Assembly: GCA_963976765.1 (NCBI GenBank)
Contig: CAXBME010000011.1
Coordinates: 1-64,000 of the forward strand
Origin: an uncultured Planctomycetaceae bacterium
GTDB lineage: Bacteria > Planctomycetota > Planctomycetia > Planctomycetales > Planctomycetaceae
Reading direction: 5' to 3'
Length of the DNA: 64,000 bases
Shown here: piece by piece, positions 59,501 through 64,000 of the stretch
Layout of the letters: every line of letters begins with the position of its first letter
How positions within the stretch are numbered: the stretch's first letter is position 1
Program-made: the position numbers and the translations under genes
The notes under the pieces: generated by a model
Told to the model about the DNA's origin: nothing
Seen by the model: the letters and a program-made list of their open reading frames with translations, nothing else
Databases searched by the model: none

Positions 59501-59962
59501 GAACTGAATCTCAAAACCGGCGGTCCTGGCTTCAATTTCTTCAAGACACGCGGCGGTCTTAGCGGCTTTCCTGAGGTCGACAAGTTCGGTCCGGAAGAAA
59601 TGCGTCGGATGATCTACTCGCACAAGATCCGGATGGAACGAGTCCCCGTCTTTGGAGCATTCGACTGTCCAGACGCCGGCCAGGCAACGCCAGTTCGAAC
59701 CCAGTCCACGACAGCAATTCAGGCATTGAACCTGTTCAACAGCCCGTTCGTGGCGGACCGTGCCGAAAAGCTGGCAGCTCGAATTGAACCGGACCATCCC
59801 GATGATACACAGAGCCAGGTCAGACGAGCATTTCGACTGACTCTAGGCCGGACTCCGTCAGCCATCGAGCTGTCAAAGTCCACCGCTGTCGTTAACAAAC
59901 ACGGACTCGCCACACTTTGCCGAGTTCTGTTCAACTGTAATGAATTTCTTTTCATCCCATAG
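56555..59962 (+). CDS. planctomycete cytochrome c / DUF1549 / DUF1553 protein with inserted carbohydrate-binding-like domains
   Basis: CGDCH, 'GLRLD', '[12 protein letters not shown]', '[18 protein letters not shown]', [11 protein letters not shown], '[22 protein letters not shown]', '[10 protein letters not shown]', 'NEFLF'. Confidence 0.93.
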   Translation: MTLFRSSLIIQLAAFVALSAPWDEVARAAPLDFESQIRPLLVRRCGDCHGASEQNSGLRLDARQAAFKGGDGGPVIVPGKSGESELLRRVTTNDLDERMPPDGTALTDTEIDLLRRWIDSGAEWPETDYDRQAARDRRLEHWAFQPLLKFPESVTNLDKRQLNVRAEKIDHFVAAKLTEHRLKPSPAADRRTLIRRLYFDLIGLPPSPEEVSKFVVEEDPAAFEQLVENLLQSPRYGERWAQHWLDVVRYADTHGFEVNTPRENAWPYRDYVIRAFNEDKPYDQFIREQLAGDAYQEDAATGFLVAAAVLLPGQIGKDEESKRLARQDSLDEIIVGTSATFLGLTIGCARCHDHKFDPITARDYYALQAFFSGVRYGDRPIRDAAQKERLAAAVKLDERIKNLETKLLDFEPRTFTGRTLIIDEGDRDRVTFLKPPNGPGSNPAGPARGHRDDTGSSVRVGNISKGQYTWWNNTPGQDVLTYSPNVSGQFHLWLSWGAHGSGVHTRDARYVLDNDGDLTTTGDQREVANIDQYYQAGVTEGTTEKKPLWSGLSYAGTVLLNEPSKLIVRGGETGTGITADVIVLQELSAKESGETSRTTNDESHPVADALPQLRGPVNAQRNTEHFLPVSAKFLRFTTFSTIDNNKHEPCIDELEVYESSESARNIALASLETVATSSGNYSETGKHQLKHVNDGKYSNDRSWISNKHGGGWVQLEFPALTKIDRVVWGRDRTGRFKDRLPTEYRIETSANGTEWTTVAQHNDRVPLGTPFDPNRTLLQNRTLEGKGDPATILAELEKLTKQKTELESVQTVYGGQFAPPEQTYILRRGDPEQRVTEVTPAVPAIFNETAISAETPEQERRIRLAEWIASADNPLTARVMVNRIWQNHFGRGLVATPSDFGLNGTRPSHPKLLDWLAHEFIASGWSVKHIHRLILLSHTWQQSSFVEPHSATIDGDNKWLWRFSSRRLEGEAIRDSMLLVTGELNLKTGGPGFNFFKTRGGLSGFPEVDKFGPEEMRRMIYSHKIRMERVPVFGAFDCPDAGQATPVRTQSTTAIQALNLFNSPFVADRAEKLAARIEPDHPDDTQSQVRRAFRLTLGRTPSAIELSKSTAVVNKHGLATLCRVLFNCNEFLFIP

Positions 59963-60012
59963 TGCGGCACCGACCTCGCGTCGTACTTGAAATGCCTTCT
60001 CCCGGAGCACCG

Positions 60013-61500
60013 ATGAAGAATCATTCGGAATCCAGACTGATCACAAACGCCGGTCGTGGCCTGTTGGACCGCCGTCGTTTTCTCGGCGAGGCGTCGTCGG
60101 CTCTGAGTGCGGTGGCTCTGTCCGGTCTACTTGCCGATGAGATGCTATTGGCAAAAGAGCAGCCCTGGTCACCGACAATCAGCCCCAATGCGCCGCACGC
60201 GCCTCGGCAACCACAGTCTTCTCCAAAGGCTAAGAATGTCCTTGTGATCTTTTGCGCGGGTGCGTGCAGTCAGCTCGAAACGTGGGATTACAAACCCGAG
60301 CTGATCAGGCAGGACGGGAAGCCGTTACCGGGTGGTCCGTCGGTCACTTTTCAGGGGCCAGCCGGAAACCTGGCGAAACCTCAATACAAATTCCGACCGT
60401 ACGGCGAGACGGGTAAAATGGTCTCGGACATGATCCCGCATCTGGCCAGACAGGTGGACGATTTCGCCTTCGTTCATTCGCTGACCAGCAAATCCAACAC
60501 GCATGGCCCGGCGGAAAATTTTCTGTCGACTGGCTTTGTGCAGGATGGGTTTCCGAGCATCGGCGCGTGGGTGACGTACGGACTCGGCTCCGAGAATCGC
60601 AACCTGCCAGCCTTTGTCGCCATTCCCGATCCGCGAGGAGTGCCTCAGGCCAGCGTCAACAACTGGGGTTCCGGCTTCCTGCCCGCTGTCTTCCAGGGAA
60701 CGCCGTTCAACGCTGCTCAGCCAATCAGCAATCTTCTGCCTCCGAAGTCGATAGCGACTGGCAGCGACAATGCAGCCAGAGACCTGCTTCGACTTCTGAA
60801 CGACGAGCATCTCAAAAAGAATCCACGAGACAACGACTTGGCGGCGAGGATCGCGAGTTACGAACTCGCCGCACGGATGCAGCTATCCGTCCCTGAAATC
60901 AGCGACCTTTCGACCGAATCCGATCACACTCTAAAGATGTACGGTGCGGACGATTCTAAAGATGAGCTGAAGGCGGGGTATGCGAAGAACTGTATTCTCG
61001 CGAGGAGACTGATCGAAAAGGGTGTGCGGTTCGTGCAGCTTTTCAACGGAGCATATGCCAGTGGGGGGCGACTGAACTGGGACGGTCATCAGAAACTCAA
61101 AGAGCAGTACGACATTCACGGTCGAGTCATGGATCAGCCATCAGCGGCACTGATTCACGACATGCGCCAGCGAGGTCTGCTGGACGACACACTCGTCGTG
61201 TGGTGCACCGAGTTCGGTCGCATGCCGATGTTTCAGAAAGGCGCCGAAGGCCGCGATCACAACCCCAACGGCTTCACCGCATTCCTGACCGGAGCGGGCG
61301 TCAAGCGCGGAGTCAGCTATGGGGCAACGGACGAACTTGGTTTCAAAGCCGTCGAAAACGTGCTGTCGATTCATGATCTGAACGCGACGATTCTGCACCT
61401 GCTCGGCTTTGACCACAAACGTCTGACCTTCCGCCACAACGGAATCGACCGCCGCCTGACCGATGTCCACGGCCACGTCATTGATGCCATGCTTGCCTGA
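60013..61500 (+). CDS. DUF1501 Tat-exported protein
   Basis: DRRRFL, '[10 protein letters not shown]', '[12 protein letters not shown]', '[15 protein letters not shown]', 'EFGRMP', 'GRDHNP', 'RLTDVHG'. Confidence 0.93.
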   Translation: MKNHSESRLITNAGRGLLDRRRFLGEASSALSAVALSGLLADEMLLAKEQPWSPTISPNAPHAPRQPQSSPKAKNVLVIFCAGACSQLETWDYKPELIRQDGKPLPGGPSVTFQGPAGNLAKPQYKFRPYGETGKMVSDMIPHLARQVDDFAFVHSLTSKSNTHGPAENFLSTGFVQDGFPSIGAWVTYGLGSENRNLPAFVAIPDPRGVPQASVNNWGSGFLPAVFQGTPFNAAQPISNLLPPKSIATGSDNAARDLLRLLNDEHLKKNPRDNDLAARIASYELAARMQLSVPEISDLSTESDHTLKMYGADDSKDELKAGYAKNCILARRLIEKGVRFVQLFNGAYASGGRLNWDGHQKLKEQYDIHGRVMDQPSAALIHDMRQRGLLDDTLVVWCTEFGRMPMFQKGAEGRDHNPNGFTAFLTGAGVKRGVSYGATDELGFKAVENVLSIHDLNATILHLLGFDHKRLTFRHNGIDRRLTDVHGHVIDAMLA

Positions 61501-61524
61501 ACGTTTTACAGGGCAGACTCCGCG

Positions 61525-62886
61525 TTACTTCCGCTTGAACCGGTCCAGCAGAACAGCAGCGAGAATCAGGCCACCAAAGACGACCTTCTGTTCATAGCTG
61601 GCGACTCCGGCCATGTTCAGACCGTTCTGAATCACTGCAATGATCAACGCTCCAATCAGTGTTCCGAAGATACGTCCCTCACCGCCGGCCAGGCTGGTAC
61701 CACCAACAACGACGGCAGCGATGACCTGCAGTTCGTACATCTCGCCGGCGTTCGGTCTGCCACCTTCAAAGCGGGAGGCGTCAACGATCCCGGCCAGTCC
61801 CGCCATTGCCCCACAGATTGCGTAAACAAAAATCAGCACGGCGAACACCGGCACGCCGGAAAGTCGTGCGGCTTCCGGGTTGCCGCCGACCGCGTAGATG
61901 TAACGACCGATCGATGTTCTGGTCATCGTGATGTGGGCAAGAACGTAAAGAGCGAGCATCAACAGAATAGGGTTGGGGATTCCCAGCGTCGCTCCATTGC
62001 CGAGCCATCCAAATGCAGCCGCTTCAATCTTGACGGCCTCGGGAGTCCCTTCCGTTCCGCCGCCAAGCAGAGCACTCTGGTACTGCACGGCGACGATCAG
62101 CGCCAGTCCGCGAGCCACCATCATCATCGCCAGCGTGACGACAAATGCAGGCACACGAAACCACGTCACCATGACTCCATTGAAGACGCCGCACAGCGTG
62201 CAGACTCCCGTGCCGATCAGACACGCTCCGAGCAGGCCGATCGTTCCGGCATCCTCCCCACCAGCCATTTGTTGAGCCGCTACAGCAGTCGTCACACCAC
62301 ACAGGGCCAGCAAACTACCGACCGACAGATCAATTCCCGCCGTAATAATCACCAGCGTCATCCCGATGGCAATGATGGCAATCACCGCGTTCTGGTTGAT
62401 GACGTTGACGAGATTCTCGCGAGTCAGAAAGCTCGGCCAGGTATAACTCTGAGGTTTGACGACTTTCACTCCAGCGAGGCTGGGGAACTTTGCGGCTGTG
62501 ATTTTCAGGCGTTCCGGTTTCAACGGTCCCCATTCGGACGCTGAATGATTTGTCGCGATCGCATCGACTTTTTCAAAGGCATCACCAACCTGCTCCAGAG
62601 CGACGCGTGCGTCTGATGGTGTTCCGTTGACGACAGCGAGAACAGTTCCGCCGCCTGCGTCAATCGCTGCTCGAACGGAATCGGTAAAGGCGCGGTCCTG
62701 CGCGGTATCTCGCGAGATGACAATAACATTGGGTGCGCCGGTCGACTCGGTCAGAATTCGGGCCGCGACTTCCTTGCCAGCGACCGGCGTGTTGGGATGC
62801 TGCTCACTCAGGGTGACAACGCTGTAGTAAGCACAGAGCGCCAGCAGCACGATCACAGAGCCGTTGTCAGCAATAAACCGTTTCAC
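61525..62886 (-). CDS. sugar ABC transporter permease (RbsC family) with extra soluble domain
   Basis: 'GMTLVIITAGIDLSVGS', 'GRYIYAVGGNPEAARLSG', 'YELQVIAAVVVGGTSLAGG'. Start set to GTG 62886; the ORF is open to 62952. Confidence 0.9.
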   Translation of the reverse strand: MKRFIADNGSVIVLLALCAYYSVVTLSEQHPNTPVAGKEVAARILTESTGAPNVIVISRDTAQDRAFTDSVRAAIDAGGGTVLAVVNGTPSDARVALEQVGDAFEKVDAIATNHSASEWGPLKPERLKITAAKFPSLAGVKVVKPQSYTWPSFLTRENLVNVINQNAVIAIIAIGMTLVIITAGIDLSVGSLLALCGVTTAVAAQQMAGGEDAGTIGLLGACLIGTGVCTLCGVFNGVMVTWFRVPAFVVTLAMMMVARGLALIVAVQYQSALLGGGTEGTPEAVKIEAAAFGWLGNGATLGIPNPILLMLALYVLAHITMTRTSIGRYIYAVGGNPEAARLSGVPVFAVLIFVYAICGAMAGLAGIVDASRFEGGRPNAGEMYELQVIAAVVVGGTSLAGGEGRIFGTLIGALIIAVIQNGLNMAGVASYEQKVVFGGLILAAVLLDRFKRK

Positions 62887-62938
62887 AAAACACTTCCTGA
62901 ACCTGGTCACGCCACGGCGCGGGGGAATTCCTAATTCG

Positions 62939-64000
62939 TTACTTAACGGCAAGACTCATGATCGATTCCTGCGTTGCGGACTTCACGTCGCCGATTTCGC
63001 CCGTCACGCGGCCTTCGTGCAGGACGACGATGCGATCGGCCATGCCGAGTACTTCGGGCAGCTCACTGCTGATCATCAGGATGGCCTTGCCCTGTGCGAC
63101 CAGTTTGTGCATCAGCAGGTAGATTTCAAATTTCGCTCCGACATCAATGCCGCGCGTCGGTTCGTCGAAGATGATGACTTCGGCATCACGCTCCAGCCAT
63201 TTTGCCAGAACGACTTTCTGCTGATTGCCGCCGGAAAGATTTCCCGCTCGCTGAGCTGGACTCGAAACCTTGATCTGCAACTGCTCGACGTAACCGTTGA
63301 ACGCTTCGCGTTCGCTTTTCTGCTGGATCAGTCCTCCGGAGGAAAAGCGTGAAAGGTTCGGAAGTCCGAAATTCTCCAGCACGCTCTGATTGAGAATCAG
63401 CCCTTGTCCTTTCCGATCCTCGGTCAACAGGCAAATTCCGGCGGCGATCGCGTCTCGGGGACTGCGAATATCCAGCTCATTGCCGTCGAGGGTAATCCTG
63501 CCAGCTTGCCGTTTGTCAGCTCCGAAGATCAGTCGAGCTGTCTCCGTTCGCCCGGCTCCGACGAGACCAGTCAGAGCAACGATTTCGCCACGGCGAACAC
63601 TGAAGGAAACGTCTCTCACTTTCGGACCACCAGCAAGACCACTGACCACCAGGCCCGGCCTGGCTTCAACGTCCAACTGGTCTTCCACTGTGGCGGAAAC
63701 GCGAGTTGGAAACTCGTTCTCCAGTTTTCGCCCGACCATCAGTTCAATCAGCGTTTCGCGGGTCAGCTCGCTGATCGGTTTTGAATCAACGTACTCACCA
63801 TCACGCAGAATCGTCACACGATTACAGATCGCGAAAATTTCATCCAGCCGATGACTGACATAGACAATGCCGATGCCCTGAGACTTAAGTTCCGCGACGA
63901 TCCTGAAGAGTCCCTGCACTTCACGCGGCGACAACGCTGCACTCGGCTCGTCCATCACGATAATTCGAGAATTCAGCGACAAGGCTTTGGCAATTTCGAC
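62939..64000 (-). CDS. sugar ABC transporter ATP-binding protein (RbsA family), 5' end outside the window
   Basis: 'MDEPSAAL', 'VSHRLDE', 'EDRKGQGL', 'LSGGNQQKV', 'DEPTRGIDVGAK', 'ISSELPE'. Confidence 0.93.
   Translation of the reverse strand, partial: VEIAKALSLNSRIIVMDEPSAALSPREVQGLFRIVAELKSQGIGIVYVSHRLDEIFAICNRVTILRDGEYVDSKPISELTRETLIELMVGRKLENEFPTRVSATVEDQLDVEARPGLVVSGLAGGPKVRDVSFSVRRGEIVALTGLVGAGRTETARLIFGADKRQAGRITLDGNELDIRSPRDAIAAGICLLTEDRKGQGLILNQSVLENFGLPNLSRFSSGGLIQQKSEREAFNGYVEQLQIKVSSPAQRAGNLSGGNQQKVVLAKWLERDAEVIIFDEPTRGIDVGAKFEIYLLMHKLVAQGKAILMISSELPEVLGMADRIVVLHEGRVTGEIGDVKSATQESIMSLAVK

Overview
A gene-dense chromosomal window, very probably from a Planctomycetota bacterium (Planctomycetaceae-like). 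The lineage call rests on typical families: a DUF1559 prepilin with its partner lipoprotein, a DUF1549/DUF1553 cytochrome c with DUF1501, and an E-x-LE-x-R-x-LL export motif. It holds about 46 protein-coding genes plus one frameshifted transposase gene, mostly housekeeping or metabolic: epmB/efp, miaB, deaD, mtnA, glyA, a pyrimidine nucleoside phosphorylase, cysH, mqnB/mqnD and a sugar ABC transporter, plus lineage-specific envelope proteins. I recognised no rRNA, tRNA, CRISPR array or prophage. The main non-routine signal is at about 25.3-26.8 kb. There a frameshifted REP-associated HUH tyrosine transposase (RAYT) sits with five 22-bp GTAG-type REPs, four of which form two mirror-image REP pairs enclosing an orphan membrane-protein gene. 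Other signals: a second class of tandem-unit intergenic palindromes (three copies, two flanking the phosphorylase gene), a recurring FliA-like promoter motif, an ABC permease with an inserted binding-protein-like lobe, a His-rich putative outer-membrane protein and a cyclophilin-RTX fusion. All family calls come from motifs recognised by eye; no database search was run. Whether any of these is truly undescribed cannot be settled from this window alone.
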